From IMG/VR virus record IMGVR_UViG_3300044971_002285, positions 1 to 53,387 of that record: 53,387 nt of DNA, one strand, 5' to 3'. The translations under genes were made by a program, and so were the position numbers. The stretch comes from a virus (taxonomy: Duplodnaviria > Caudoviricetes). Position 1 is the stretch's first letter. Every line of letters begins with the position of its first letter. The notes under the pieces were generated by a model, which was not told the DNA's origin, did no database searches, and was given only the letters and a program-made list of their open reading frames with translations. Of the stretch, positions 37,326 through 47,181 are shown piece after piece.

Positions 37326-38282
37326 ATGGCCAAACCTAAAAAATTCGTAGTCGGAGGACTCTTAAATCTTGGCGCAGGCATTGGCACGGCGGCTATTTCA
37401 TACGCGCAGCGGCAAAAGGCATTACGTCAGCTAGCTCAAGTAGACCAAGCTGAAAGTAGTAACATTATGTCAATGGCAGCCCGTAACCGCGTTGCCCGCC
37501 AAGAGACCGACGCGACTGCCGCTACGGACGCCGCTGCTCGCGCCACTGCTTCGCAGTTAGCCGCCGCCCAAGAGGCGGGCGGCTCTCGTGCTGTGCAGTC
37601 AACAGGCCCTAGCGCCCAGAGGGCTCAAGAGGAGGCTGTTGCTCGTAGCCTTGCAAGGTTTGGACAATACGGAGCCGCTATTTCAGAGCAGGATGATGCT
37701 GGTGTGTTGGAGGCAAGCCGAGCACGCAGCGCCCCTAGAATTCAAAGCCTACAGTCGGCTGCCGATGCCGCTACTCAGAACATGGTTGGAGGCGTAGCGC
37801 AGGCGGCGAGTGGTCTTGCTCAAACAATCGGTGGAATCGGCAAGAAGCCTCAAAAAACTCCTAGCGCCAAAGATACCGAAGGAATCAAAGCAGCTGCCCC
37901 TGCCATCAACAAGATGGGAGACTTCGCTGCTCAACAATCGGCTGGCATAAGCCAAAAGATTAACGAGAACCTAGGAAGTACATTGGCGCGTCCAAGTGTG
38001 ACGCCGGCTTCGTTTTTAGAAATAGAGGAAGACCGTATGGAACAAAGAACCCCGCGGACATTGAAGACGGGCGGAAAGGCCTTGAAGACACCTGGAGACT
38101 TTTCTCATAAAGCCAACCCTATTGACGTCATGAAAGACGGCAAAAAGATTGCGGAAATGACGGGCGGAGAATATATCTTTAACCCAAAGCAATCTCAAAA
38201 GCTGCGCAACCTTGCTGAAGACGGAACTTCCACCTTACATAAGTTTGTTCGCGAACTCCTAAGTAAAAGCCAATTCAAATAA
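37326..38282 (+). CDS. Putative internal virion/ejection protein 1
   Basis: Ala/Gln/Gly-rich helices; C-terminal G.FSH..NP..EMTGGEYIFN motif; follows tail genes. Confidence 0.65.
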   Translation: MAKPKKFVVGGLLNLGAGIGTAAISYAQRQKALRQLAQVDQAESSNIMSMAARNRVARQETDATAATDAAARATASQLAAAQEAGGSRAVQSTGPSAQRAQEEAVARSLARFGQYGAAISEQDDAGVLEASRARSAPRIQSLQSAADAATQNMVGGVAQAASGLAQTIGGIGKKPQKTPSAKDTEGIKAAAPAINKMGDFAAQQSAGISQKINENLGSTLARPSVTPASFLEIEEDRMEQRTPRTLKTGGKALKTPGDFSHKANPIDVMKDGKKIAEMTGGEYIFNPKQSQKLRNLAEDGTSTLHKFVRELLSKSQFK

Positions 38283-39640
38283 TGCGCGGAGCAGAATACA
38301 TACCAGTTGCCAGCATTCCCATCGTTGACCTTGGCGCCCAGTATGAGGCGGCCAAGTTGCGTCGTGAGGAGTCGGAAGAGCGCAAGCTTGCCTACTTAAA
38401 TCAGTTTAAGCAGGTGAGGGGCTCTCTTTCTGATGGCGTGCGTCCTGCTGTTCAGCAGCGGTGGAATCAAGTTGAGAGCCTTCTTGACCAAGGCGATATG
38501 TCTTTTGAAGGGCGTAAGAAGCTACAGCAGGCCTATAAGGATTACGCTGAATATACCGCTCAAGGAGTTGACTTTACAAGGGCGCTAGACGAGCGCGAGG
38601 CAGAGGTGTTGTCGAACCCACAGAAATATAATCTTGACGTCCTAAAGGAGCTTGATACATATAGGTCTGTTAAGCCTGATGATACCTTCTTGTCAAACCC
38701 TACGCTTCCTAGTCTGGCTCAGTACACCAGATACCAGCCCAAGAGATTGTCTTCCTCGACTATGGCGTCTACCATCTATAACAACATGAAGCAATTTGAT
38801 GGCCTCGATGCCATTAGAAATGCAGACGGCACCCTGAATCAGGTTGCCCTTGAAAATGCTGTTAATGCGCAATACATAGGCCAGAGCTCTGAGGATGTCG
38901 ATGCTATTGTTGCAGAAGAACTTTCTAGACTTGGAAGGCTTGACGGTAATGTCGCCGAGGCTGTCGAGGTTATTAGAAGCCTTTCTGATGCAGAAAAGCA
39001 AAACCTTATAAAGTCCGCATCTCAAAGGACGATACAAACGCTTTCTAATTTGGTATCAAAAGATGTCTTTACCCGAGAAGAAGAAAGAGCTGCCGATATA
39101 GAAGATTATCAGAAGAAAGTTGACATTCAAGGAAAACAATCCATAAAGGAGATGAACCTTAGCAACGCAGCCGCTGCCGAACTTCAAAGAAAGCGCATCG
39201 CTGCAGAAAAGGAACCCACAACTCCAACGAGAAATCTCTACGCCCTCTTCTCGGACTATGTAGACCAAACCATTACCGACGATATCCTTTCCGCCGATGA
39301 ATCTGAGATGGTTCAAAACCTAGCCTCAAAACTGCCGCCTGGCTACGTGGTAGAAGAAAGTCGCCCGGGATTTGACCAAATAACCATAAGGGGTCAACAG
39401 GGTGGCACAGGGGTGGCAATTGACCTTCCAAATAACCTAAACGCCAAAGGTGACGCCGGTGTAAAGGCAAGGGCTTTGGTGAAGAAGCAAATCCAGCAAG
39501 CCATAATAAATAGCATACCCGCTGGAACAGAGAACCCAGAAGAGGACAAGCTGTTATACTTGAGTCGGATTATTAATCAAGGACTTACTGCCCCTGCTGG
39601 CGCTAAGGCTACTCCGAATGACCCATTGGGAGTCCTGTAA
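38282..39640 (+). CDS. Putative internal virion/ejection protein 2
   Basis: Helical 452-aa ORF, TAATG coupling. Confidence 0.65.
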   Translation: MRGAEYIPVASIPIVDLGAQYEAAKLRREESEERKLAYLNQFKQVRGSLSDGVRPAVQQRWNQVESLLDQGDMSFEGRKKLQQAYKDYAEYTAQGVDFTRALDEREAEVLSNPQKYNLDVLKELDTYRSVKPDDTFLSNPTLPSLAQYTRYQPKRLSSSTMASTIYNNMKQFDGLDAIRNADGTLNQVALENAVNAQYIGQSSEDVDAIVAEELSRLGRLDGNVAEAVEVIRSLSDAEKQNLIKSASQRTIQTLSNLVSKDVFTREEERAADIEDYQKKVDIQGKQSIKEMNLSNAAAAELQRKRIAAEKEPTTPTRNLYALFSDYVDQTITDDILSADESEMVQNLASKLPPGYVVEESRPGFDQITIRGQQGGTGVAIDLPNNLNAKGDAGVKARALVKKQIQQAIINSIPAGTENPEEDKLLYLSRIINQGLTAPAGAKATPNDPLGVL

Positions 39641-39650
39641 ACTAGTAATC

Positions 39651-42600
39651 ATGCCAGAACCTAAACTATCTCCCGCTCAGTTTGCAGCTAGAATAAAGTC
39701 ACAATATCCAGAATATAAGGATATTGCTGATGATGTTCTAGCGCAAAAGATTGTCAGCAAGTATCCGGAATATGCTGAGTCTGTTGACTTCGGAGTAAAA
39801 AAAAAAGAACCTTCGGATTCCACTACTCCAAAGGTCGCTATGGAATCTCCTTCGGAAGCTGGTTCTTCGGCGCCCAAACCACCAGGACTACTTCCTGACT
39901 TCACCGCGCTAAGGCAGCGACAGCAGGTAGAGCAAATCGGAGAAATCCCTTTGCAAAAGCAAGAAACCTACAAGCCCACCCCCGAACAGCAGAGCACTAT
40001 GATGCGGCGCATCGCCGATGGCGAGGTAGCCTATGTGCCCTCTCCGCTTTCTCAGGTGTATGAAAAGGTCAAAACAGGAGTCGAACTTGACCCCGTAGAG
40101 CAGTACACCTACGACCAGCGTCTAAACAAACTAGATGTCGAGCAAAAGATTGAGAACTACTCCAACGTAAAAGGACTAGGTCTTGCCGCTAACGCAGGTG
40201 CTCAGCTTTTCCTTGACCAGTTGTACCCTTCCGCTTTTCCAGGCTCTGAAGAATTGTCTCGGTATGCCCGTAATATGAATAAGGCATACCTTATCAGCAG
40301 CGGTGTTCCTGAAGAAGATGCGGACAAAAGTTTCAGCCAACAGAAAGACTTTATCAATGGCGCCAAGGTCTTTGGAGTAGAGGCCGCCAACACGGTAGGG
40401 CTTAGCGCCCTATCCGCAATGCTTATGGGTGCTCCTGTGGCTTCATTCGGTGTAACAGCAGCAGCCCCAGGCGTTGCTAGGCAGGCTGCGCAGGCTGTAA
40501 GTAGAAACATAGCGCAAAACCCAGCCACGTTTGCAACCATGGGCTATGTCGGGTCCAATACGGCATATAAATCGGTAAAGAACGACCCCACTAAAACAGA
40601 AGCAGAAAAGGTTGCTTATTCAACCTACGCTGGCTTAAAAGAAATGCTTACCGAATCTGGCTTTATTGGAGATTTAAGGGCGTGGAATCAGACTCTTTCA
40701 GCAGCCGAAAAAACGGCTGCGAAAGCGACATTCAAGAGCACGTTTGTTGACTATCAAAAAGCGCTTCGCAAGCAGGGCCTTGAAGAGGGAACAGAAGAGG
40801 GTGCCTCTTGGACTGGAGACCTGCTATGGGCTCTTGGCACTGGAGAAAAGCTCCCCTCTGCAAGAGAAGGCTGGGAGGCAATGGCCCTTGGCGCTGTCGC
40901 TCCGGGCTTTGCGGTAACATCGCAGTATGCTCCGACCCTTTCGGATTTTGCCGCAGGATACCTTCCCTTCACCCTACCCAAATCAGAGGACATCACTGCC
41001 CTGTCTGAGTTGAAGAAGAAAAAGGAACAGGTAGATAAGGACCTAACTACTGAGGACCTTCCCGTTGCTGAGCGCGAGAAACTCGAGGCTGCGTCTGAGA
41101 GGATATCTTCCAACATAGAATCACTAAGGCAAAAGTCTTTTGAGGAGCGTAAGGATATGTCTCCTGAAGACTTCTCTATGCTGTCTCTTATAGATGCTCA
41201 GGTAGAAGGCCTAAACCTTCAATTTGAAGCGGCTAAGACCGCTTCTATGAAGGTGGAAATTAAACAGGAAGTAATTGAATTGCTTGCTGCTAAAAAGGAA
41301 ATAGAAGACAGTTACGCAATCCCTAAAGTAGAAACAGATGCCGTTCAAGAGCAAACAGCAGGTGAAGTACCTGTTCAGCCAGGAGCCACAGTTGGCGAAG
41401 AAGTGGCGCAAGGAGAACCCCAAGCAGAACCTCAAGTCGTTGCCGAAGAAGTTGTCATCCCAGAAGAAGAAGTAACTCCAGTAGTCGAAGAGGGTATTGT
41501 TGAGGAAGTTCCATCCGAGACCCAAAATCTAACCGAAGAGGACCTCCCCGGGTTTGACCGAATGATGACCGAACTAGATGGTGTCGTTAAGAAGTCAGAG
41601 CAGCGTCGTGCCTCTAGGCAGAAGACCTTTGAAAATGCCATGAACTATGTCGTAGGCTCTAATGCCTACGAGACCGCGACAGACGTACAGCGCGAGGCTT
41701 TGGTGCGTATGGTCAACAAAAGATTTGATAAAAGGATGAAGTCCGCCCCTTCAGTGGGGCGGATGTTTGACACCATCAAAGACATCAAGAAAATCACGAT
41801 GTCTGAGTATGCACTGCTGAAAAATCAAATCCAAAGTGCAGCACGTGGAGCTAAAGACGCTAAGGTGGCAATAGCCAATGCTAGCAAGTCTGTGGGCGCA
41901 TCAATACAGGACCTCTCTAATAAAGGTAGGATTAGCCTCAAGCAAGCGGCATCACTCACCAACAGATTCGCCAAGACCAACCCGCTAGATGAGGTGTCGG
42001 TAGAGCGCTTTGTAAACTACGCAGCAAAGGTGTTTAGCAATGCCGAGTACGCAGCGCAGCTAGCCGGTCTGGCTAAGGCCATCCCGCTAGCAAAAAAGAA
42101 CGCTCAGAAGAAACTTGGTATCGCCGAAGGCGTGGCACAGCCTATAATGAGTATGCTTAGCATATCTCCAGACCTTATCCCAGATTCGGTTCTTCCCGTA
42201 TATACTGAAATTCTAGGGATGCTATCCCAGCGCACTGCTGTTCTACAACTTCAAGAGATAGATGACGTCAAGAGAAAAGTCGAAAGCGTATTAGACGCTG
42301 TAGACTTGGAATTGTCAAAAATCCCAGAGCTTGTCGAAAGGTTTATCGAATACCAAGAAAAGGTATTGGACAAAAACGAAAAGATTGATTTCCCCAAGAC
42401 CCTTTCTAAAATGGTTGCAGAGGGAATAATTGACGAGAACGAGGCTGAAATCCTTCGCAATAATCGCTCATTGGTAATACAGCGAGCCTCTAAAGAAAAG
42501 CCTACCGAGGAAGAGCTGGCGCAGGAGAAAGAGGCCCTCCTTGCAATGGTCAGCGTCGCGAAGGTTGACTCCGCTCGCCTGCCATCTCGTGACGAAAGAG

Positions 42601-45329
42601 CTGTTGCAGCTACGCTGAGTCAGCTTCTGTCCACTCCCGCGGTAGATATGCTAGACAATACTCAGCTAAAGGGATTGCTTCGTGCTATCGACAACATCAA
42701 CGACGGATTCCTGCCGCATTATGCTGAGCTGACCGTTGAGCGCCTAAACGCAATCAATGAGTCAATCAAGATAAACAAGGCCCTTGAGTCCGCCAAGCCA
42801 ATTAAGATTAGTGAGGCGATAGCAAATACCAAGTCTTTTTTATTTAGAACCAAAAACGCACCGCTAGTAGAAATGATTCGTCGCAATCCATTATACTATC
42901 TGGACCAGCTGTTTGGCAACTTCAAGGACAAAACAATCTTCAACTCAGTATTTGGAAAGGTATCTGCTGCCCAAACGAAGTTTCAAACATCTTCTAATGA
43001 CATTAGAAACAGACTAAATAACGCGGAAGATGCGGTGTTTAAGTCAAGAGAATCTGATTCCAACGAGGCCACTAAGTCTAAGTATAGGATGATGACCTAC
43101 CTGCGCGAGCTTGAGTTCTTGTCAAACCCAGGCAGCAATCAGGTTAACCCTGCTGCTGCTCATATACAGGCAACAATTGACCAAATTGAAACTGGTAAGT
43201 CTATATATACCGATAAGGAAGCGGCTATGCTTCAGGAAATTTTAGATAAATTCAGTGAGGATGGCGCCATTAAGATGCAGGAGATATACGATTCCTTCAA
43301 CAATACGGAAAAAAAGGCGATAGAAGAAATACAGAAGATAAATACGGAGCTTCGCGATAAGGCAGTCTTTACGTCGGTAATCATTCGTGGTGATAAGATA
43401 TCTCCACTGAATAACTACATGCACCTAAATGTCATTCACGAACATCGGGCCGAAGAACAGCTAATTGGCGACGCATTTGTCAATGACTACAACGAATCAC
43501 TACGTCCATCTACCAAGGCAAAGTCTTTGATAGCAAGAACCGGAAGGGTTTCTCCTATTAACTTCGACGTATTCTCCTCCACCTCTAGGGGTGCGAATTA
43601 CGTGCTTATGGATTATTTCCTAACAGAGCCAGTACGTACCACTCGTAAGATGTTTGCCGAGTCACAGAAGGCGCTAAAGAGTGGAAAAGCACCTAAGCAG
43701 CAAAGAGAAATTCTTAATGCGGTAGAGTCTGTTTTTGAAGAATCCATTGGAAACCTACTCAACAGAAACTTTACCTCTAGCTCTATGGGCGATGAGTTTG
43801 GTGCATTTATTAATCGTCAGGGCTATCGTGCCATTCTAGCTAGTGTTCCAAGGTTTCTTGGTGAGCTGACCTCCAACCTTATGTTTGCTGCCATTGTATC
43901 GCCAAAAGATTTTACGGCAGGCGCTAGGCTTAAAGACTTAGTCTTGTCAGCGGACGCTGCTAAGGTTATGGATGCTGTTGGCAGTAAGCAGACCACTAGG
44001 CTGTATCCCAACGAAAGCCTTAGCGGTAAGCTTATTGACGAATCCATTATGAGTCAGGCTGCCGGAGCAAAAGGCAGCCGAGCCAAGGGCGACGTGGCAA
44101 ACAAAATTAATCAGGTATACAACAAGGCAGGAATTAGAAATTTCCAAAATTTCGTAGCTACTGCCTCTGATGCCTTGATATCTACTCCCGATAAACTAAT
44201 AATGCGCCCACTTTGGTTTGGTGCTTTCGCTAATGAGTTTAAGAAGCAGACCGGTAAGGATGCTGACTTTGACCTTATCGCTAGCAATAACGAGGCCTAT
44301 ATGAACGCAAACAAAGATGCGTTAGCAAGAGCAAATGATTATGCTGACCAGACTTCGGTTTTTGCTGGTGCATCGGACAACGCCTTTATGGGAATCCTAA
44401 AGGGAGTTCCTAATAAAAATCAAAATGGTCTTGTTAAATTTTTTAATACGTTCAACAACTTTATGACTCGTTTCTTGATTTACGAATATGTAACTGCAAG
44501 AACGGGAATCTATGCTGCAATGGGCAATGGAGCTGTCTCTAAAAAGCAGGGTGTCGCTCTGTTGGCTGGCGCTACAACCAGGATGGTCGCCTACTCGGTG
44601 CTTGTCCCTATGCTCAATGAGTTAATGATTAGTATCGTCAATAGCCTTCTTGGCAGGCCAGACAAGGAAGAAGAGGACGAGAAGTCATTCGCGCAGCGCC
44701 TAGCGCAGGGTACTACCTCAGCCGTTACCTCTCTTCTTTTGGGTCGTGACTTTGGAAACATCGTAAAGGCTCCTATTGCCTATGGTGTTGAGCGTGTAAA
44801 TCAGGATTACTTGGATTTTCTTCGCAATGGCGAGTACGATTCTTTCAAAGACCAGATAATGTTCAGTCAAATCCCTGTCGGCGACGAGTCTGGCAGTCAG
44901 ACAAATGTTGGCGACTTTCTGATAACCATGTTAGGTCCTTCCGCTCCAGCTATGAGGTCACTTGATTTTGCGCGAAAAACATTACGCGATGAAGACAAGA
45001 AGGAGCCTGACGCTATAAAGCGCCAAGAGATGGCAAAATACGTACGCATACCCCTTGAGTTGGCTGGGCAGGCTGGATTTGTTCCGCTGTACAAGGACCT
45101 TCGTAAGATTCTGCTCAATGAAATGTACAAAGACCTCAGGAAAGCGGAAGACACCCCCGACGGCCTTAGCAAGATGAATAAGAAGGATATGGAGTTTTTA
45201 TATCCCGAGATATACAATCAGCTTTACGGCCCCGACAGCCCTCTTCTTGATTACGAGCAAATCAAAAAAGATTTGCGAAAGGAGCAGAAGATTCTTTTAG
45301 AGTCGGCAAAATACGACGGCGCCAAGTAG
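39651..45329 (+). CDS. Large internal virion/ejection protein 3 (~1890 aa)
   Basis: Very large helical ORF ending the structural module; hydrophobic Gly/Ala segments; ATG 39651 preferred over 39618. Confidence 0.75.
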   Translation: MPEPKLSPAQFAARIKSQYPEYKDIADDVLAQKIVSKYPEYAESVDFGVKKKEPSDSTTPKVAMESPSEAGSSAPKPPGLLPDFTALRQRQQVEQIGEIPLQKQETYKPTPEQQSTMMRRIADGEVAYVPSPLSQVYEKVKTGVELDPVEQYTYDQRLNKLDVEQKIENYSNVKGLGLAANAGAQLFLDQLYPSAFPGSEELSRYARNMNKAYLISSGVPEEDADKSFSQQKDFINGAKVFGVEAANTVGLSALSAMLMGAPVASFGVTAAAPGVARQAAQAVSRNIAQNPATFATMGYVGSNTAYKSVKNDPTKTEAEKVAYSTYAGLKEMLTESGFIGDLRAWNQTLSAAEKTAAKATFKSTFVDYQKALRKQGLEEGTEEGASWTGDLLWALGTGEKLPSAREGWEAMALGAVAPGFAVTSQYAPTLSDFAAGYLPFTLPKSEDITALSELKKKKEQVDKDLTTEDLPVAEREKLEAASERISSNIESLRQKSFEERKDMSPEDFSMLSLIDAQVEGLNLQFEAAKTASMKVEIKQEVIELLAAKKEIEDSYAIPKVETDAVQEQTAGEVPVQPGATVGEEVAQGEPQAEPQVVAEEVVIPEEEVTPVVEEGIVEEVPSETQNLTEEDLPGFDRMMTELDGVVKKSEQRRASRQKTFENAMNYVVGSNAYETATDVQREALVRMVNKRFDKRMKSAPSVGRMFDTIKDIKKITMSEYALLKNQIQSAARGAKDAKVAIANASKSVGASIQDLSNKGRISLKQAASLTNRFAKTNPLDEVSVERFVNYAAKVFSNAEYAAQLAGLAKAIPLAKKNAQKKLGIAEGVAQPIMSMLSISPDLIPDSVLPVYTEILGMLSQRTAVLQLQEIDDVKRKVESVLDAVDLELSKIPELVERFIEYQEKVLDKNEKIDFPKTLSKMVAEGIIDENEAEILRNNRSLVIQRASKEKPTEEELAQEKEALLAMVSVAKVDSARLPSRDERAVAATLSQLLSTPAVDMLDNTQLKGLLRAIDNINDGFLPHYAELTVERLNAINESIKINKALESAKPIKISEAIANTKSFLFRTKNAPLVEMIRRNPLYYLDQLFGNFKDKTIFNSVFGKVSAAQTKFQTSSNDIRNRLNNAEDAVFKSRESDSNEATKSKYRMMTYLRELEFLSNPGSNQVNPAAAHIQATIDQIETGKSIYTDKEAAMLQEILDKFSEDGAIKMQEIYDSFNNTEKKAIEEIQKINTELRDKAVFTSVIIRGDKISPLNNYMHLNVIHEHRAEEQLIGDAFVNDYNESLRPSTKAKSLIARTGRVSPINFDVFSSTSRGANYVLMDYFLTEPVRTTRKMFAESQKALKSGKAPKQQREILNAVESVFEESIGNLLNRNFTSSSMGDEFGAFINRQGYRAILASVPRFLGELTSNLMFAAIVSPKDFTAGARLKDLVLSADAAKVMDAVGSKQTTRLYPNESLSGKLIDESIMSQAAGAKGSRAKGDVANKINQVYNKAGIRNFQNFVATASDALISTPDKLIMRPLWFGAFANEFKKQTGKDADFDLIASNNEAYMNANKDALARANDYADQTSVFAGASDNAFMGILKGVPNKNQNGLVKFFNTFNNFMTRFLIYEYVTARTGIYAAMGNGAVSKKQGVALLAGATTRMVAYSVLVPMLNELMISIVNSLLGRPDKEEEDEKSFAQRLAQGTTSAVTSLLLGRDFGNIVKAPIAYGVERVNQDYLDFLRNGEYDSFKDQIMFSQIPVGDESGSQTNVGDFLITMLGPSAPAMRSLDFARKTLRDEDKKEPDAIKRQEMAKYVRIPLELAGQAGFVPLYKDLRKILLNEMYKDLRKAEDTPDGLSKMNKKDMEFLYPEIYNQLYGPDSPLLDYEQIKKDLRKEQKILLESAKYDGAK

Positions 45330-45361
45330 ATTTCGCCCCCTGCATTTTAGTTGTGGCCATG

Positions 45362-45369
45362 TATTTTTG
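45362..45369 (+). promoter_or_regulatory. -7 box TATTTTTG, 4 nt before ATG 45374
   Basis: TAnnTTTG match. Confidence 0.6.
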
Positions 45370-45373
45370 CTGC

Positions 45374-45595
45374 ATGGGATGGAAGGAAATTTTTAAGAAG
45401 AGTAACGACTACGACGAGAAAAACGTGCTTGGAGCACTCTCGTTTACGGTGATGGTGATAGTTATGATTGCAGACCTCGTGACGGGAGTTTGCGGCACAC
45501 ATCTCCCCTTAAATGAGTACGTATATAACAGTTTCGTTATAGTAACCCTTGGATGCTTTGGCATCTCTGGAATAGAGAAGTTCGCTAAGAAATGA
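45374..45595 (+). CDS. Holin-like two-TM membrane protein
   Basis: Two hydrophobic segments and a basic C-terminus; start re-assigned to ATG 45374. Confidence 0.6.
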   Translation: MGWKEIFKKSNDYDEKNVLGALSFTVMVIVMIADLVTGVCGTHLPLNEYVYNSFVIVTLGCFGISGIEKFAKK

Positions 45596-45843
45596 AAATG
45601 CCCGTATCTTTTGACCAGTTCCAAAAGAACCCGGTTGCCGCAATTGCCTTTGTGGCAATTGTTGCCATAGGATATCTGTACGTCGACCAGAAAATGACCA
45701 ACACCAAGGTTGATGACCGCTGCCAGACCCGTGTAAACGAGCTAGATGCTAAGGTAGAGAAGTACACCCAGCACATTCGCCGCCTTGACTCCGCGCTGGC
45801 ATACACAAGTGCTAAGAACGAAATGCTTATCCAAACGAAATGA
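45592..45843 (+). CDS. Single-TM coiled-coil protein (holin/lysis-associated)
   Basis: PVAAIAFVAIVAIGYLY followed by coiled coil; ATGA coupling. Confidence 0.6.
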   Translation: MKMPVSFDQFQKNPVAAIAFVAIVAIGYLYVDQKMTNTKVDDRCQTRVNELDAKVEKYTQHIRRLDSALAYTSAKNEMLIQTK

Positions 45844-46184
45844 GACACATACTCCTGCTTTTCATCATCGGTATCGCCATTGGCAGCGTGATTGCGGAGC
45901 AGAGAACTGCTCCCGCTAAAGCTGACCCCGTTGATATGCTTATAGAGAAATCACATGGCACCATGCGCAAGGCCGCAGCGGTATCGCAGCGTGCTGACAA
46001 GCAAGTAGCCGAGGGCGTAAGCAAGATGAAAGAATCAATTCAAGCACTGGAGATGGAAAAGAAGCAGTTGGTGGAACAAGTTAAAGTAATGCAAGATGAG
46101 ATTGTTGCTATTAAGTCTGAGCCTGTTGCTCAGCCTTTCAATGTACTCGCAATCCTACCCGATTCAACGGGTGGAGGGGAGTGA
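45840..46184 (+). CDS. N-terminal TM/signal plus coiled-coil protein (i-spanin-like)
   Basis: Hydrophobic N-terminus followed by heptad-rich helix. Confidence 0.55.
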   Translation: MRHILLLFIIGIAIGSVIAEQRTAPAKADPVDMLIEKSHGTMRKAAAVSQRADKQVAEGVSKMKESIQALEMEKKQLVEQVKVMQDEIVAIKSEPVAQPFNVLAILPDSTGGGE

Positions 46185-46458
46185 TACAGTGGTCGTTCTG
46201 AAGATGTCTCAGGCCGCTGCGATGAACAACAGATTCGTAAGGCTAAAGAAAGAGATTGACTCCGTAAGCGTAGACTATCGCGATATGAAATCTATTGCCG
46301 ACTCTCTCGCCACACAGAATGTCCGAACTATGGAGATGCTCCGCAAGGCTAGTCTCGAGCCTGAGGCTGCGGTAAAAAAAGCAAATGACCAATGGCGTAC
46401 TGGAGTTGCTCTATATCTGTGGGGTAGATTTGCATTCTTCGTATTATTTGAGCTATGA
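46096..46458 (+). CDS. Signal-peptide protein with coiled coil and C-terminal hydrophobic tail
   Basis: MRLLLLSLSLLLSLSMYS|Q; overlaps upstream gene by 89 nt. Confidence 0.6.
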   Translation: MRLLLLSLSLLLSLSMYSQSYPIQRVEGSDTVVVLKMSQAAAMNNRFVRLKKEIDSVSVDYRDMKSIADSLATQNVRTMEMLRKASLEPEAAVKKANDQWRTGVALYLWGRFAFFVLFEL

Positions 46459-46916
46459 TGGACAACACAATTAAAAGATGCTTTTTACTGATTCTCACAA
46501 TACCGTTTTTCATAGGGTGCTCCGCAAACTGGCACATGAAAAAAGCCATAGCAAAGGACCCGACACTATTGTCGGCGCCCACGGTTGTTACGAAATGGGA
46601 TACGATTACGATGCCACAAATAACAATAGTAGACACGGTAGAGGTTCCCGCCGTAGGCGATAGCGTAGTCGTTCAGAGCGACTCTATAGCAGTTACTATA
46701 AAGACAATCGTAGATGGGAACGGCAAGAAAAAACTTGCCGTCTCCGCCAAGACAACGACCATCAGGGTCCCCCACTATATCCACGTAGAGTGCCCACCAC
46801 AGGTGAAGGTGCTACCCATTCCTTGGTATTACAAGGTGTATAAAATATCGTTTTTTATACTGATAGCATTGCTGTTGCTTATTGCACTTCAGCGACTTCG
46901 TTCATCCATTGTTTAA
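46455..46916 (+). CDS. Lipoprotein with C-terminal TM (unimolecular-spanin-like architecture)
   Basis: FFIG|C lipobox, Val/Thr/Asp beta-rich middle, C-terminal TM with basic tail. Confidence 0.6.
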   Translation: MMDNTIKRCFLLILTIPFFIGCSANWHMKKAIAKDPTLLSAPTVVTKWDTITMPQITIVDTVEVPAVGDSVVVQSDSIAVTIKTIVDGNGKKKLAVSAKTTTIRVPHYIHVECPPQVKVLPIPWYYKVYKISFFILIALLLLIALQRLRSSIV

Positions 46917-46930
46917 TTACAAAATATAAC

Positions 46931-46938
46931 TAACTTTG
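46931..46938 (+). promoter_or_regulatory. -7 box TAACTTTG
   Basis: TAnnTTTG match; ATTG 19 nt upstream. Confidence 0.55.
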
Positions 46939-46950
46939 AGTCAGGAAGTA

Positions 46951-47181
46951 ATGGCTATTGCCGAAAAAAAACGTCCAATGGAATGGGAATACTACACCAA
47001 CCAGAGTAAGAGAGAGGAGATTGATAATCTCCTCCAGCAGGCAGCATCTTTGTTTGCCAACTGCGACTCGACCCCTGAAGCGAAGGTAATTGCTCGTAAG
47101 CGCGAGAAAGATATACTGCGGAAGGTTGCTAAGATAGACAGCTTCTTCGCGGAACGCTGCGGCTGCAACGAGCTATACTAA
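46951..47181 (+). CDS. Small hypothetical protein
   Basis: ORF; ATG 46951 preferred over TTG 46936. Confidence 0.7.
   Translation: MAIAEKKRPMEWEYYTNQSKREEIDNLLQQAASLFANCDSTPEAKVIARKREKDILRKVAKIDSFFAERCGCNELY

Noticed and set aside
44259-44276. DADFDL in the large virion protein resembling the RNAP NADFDGD motif
   Set aside because: Lacks the GD ending and sits in a helical C-terminal context; likely chance, needs structure prediction
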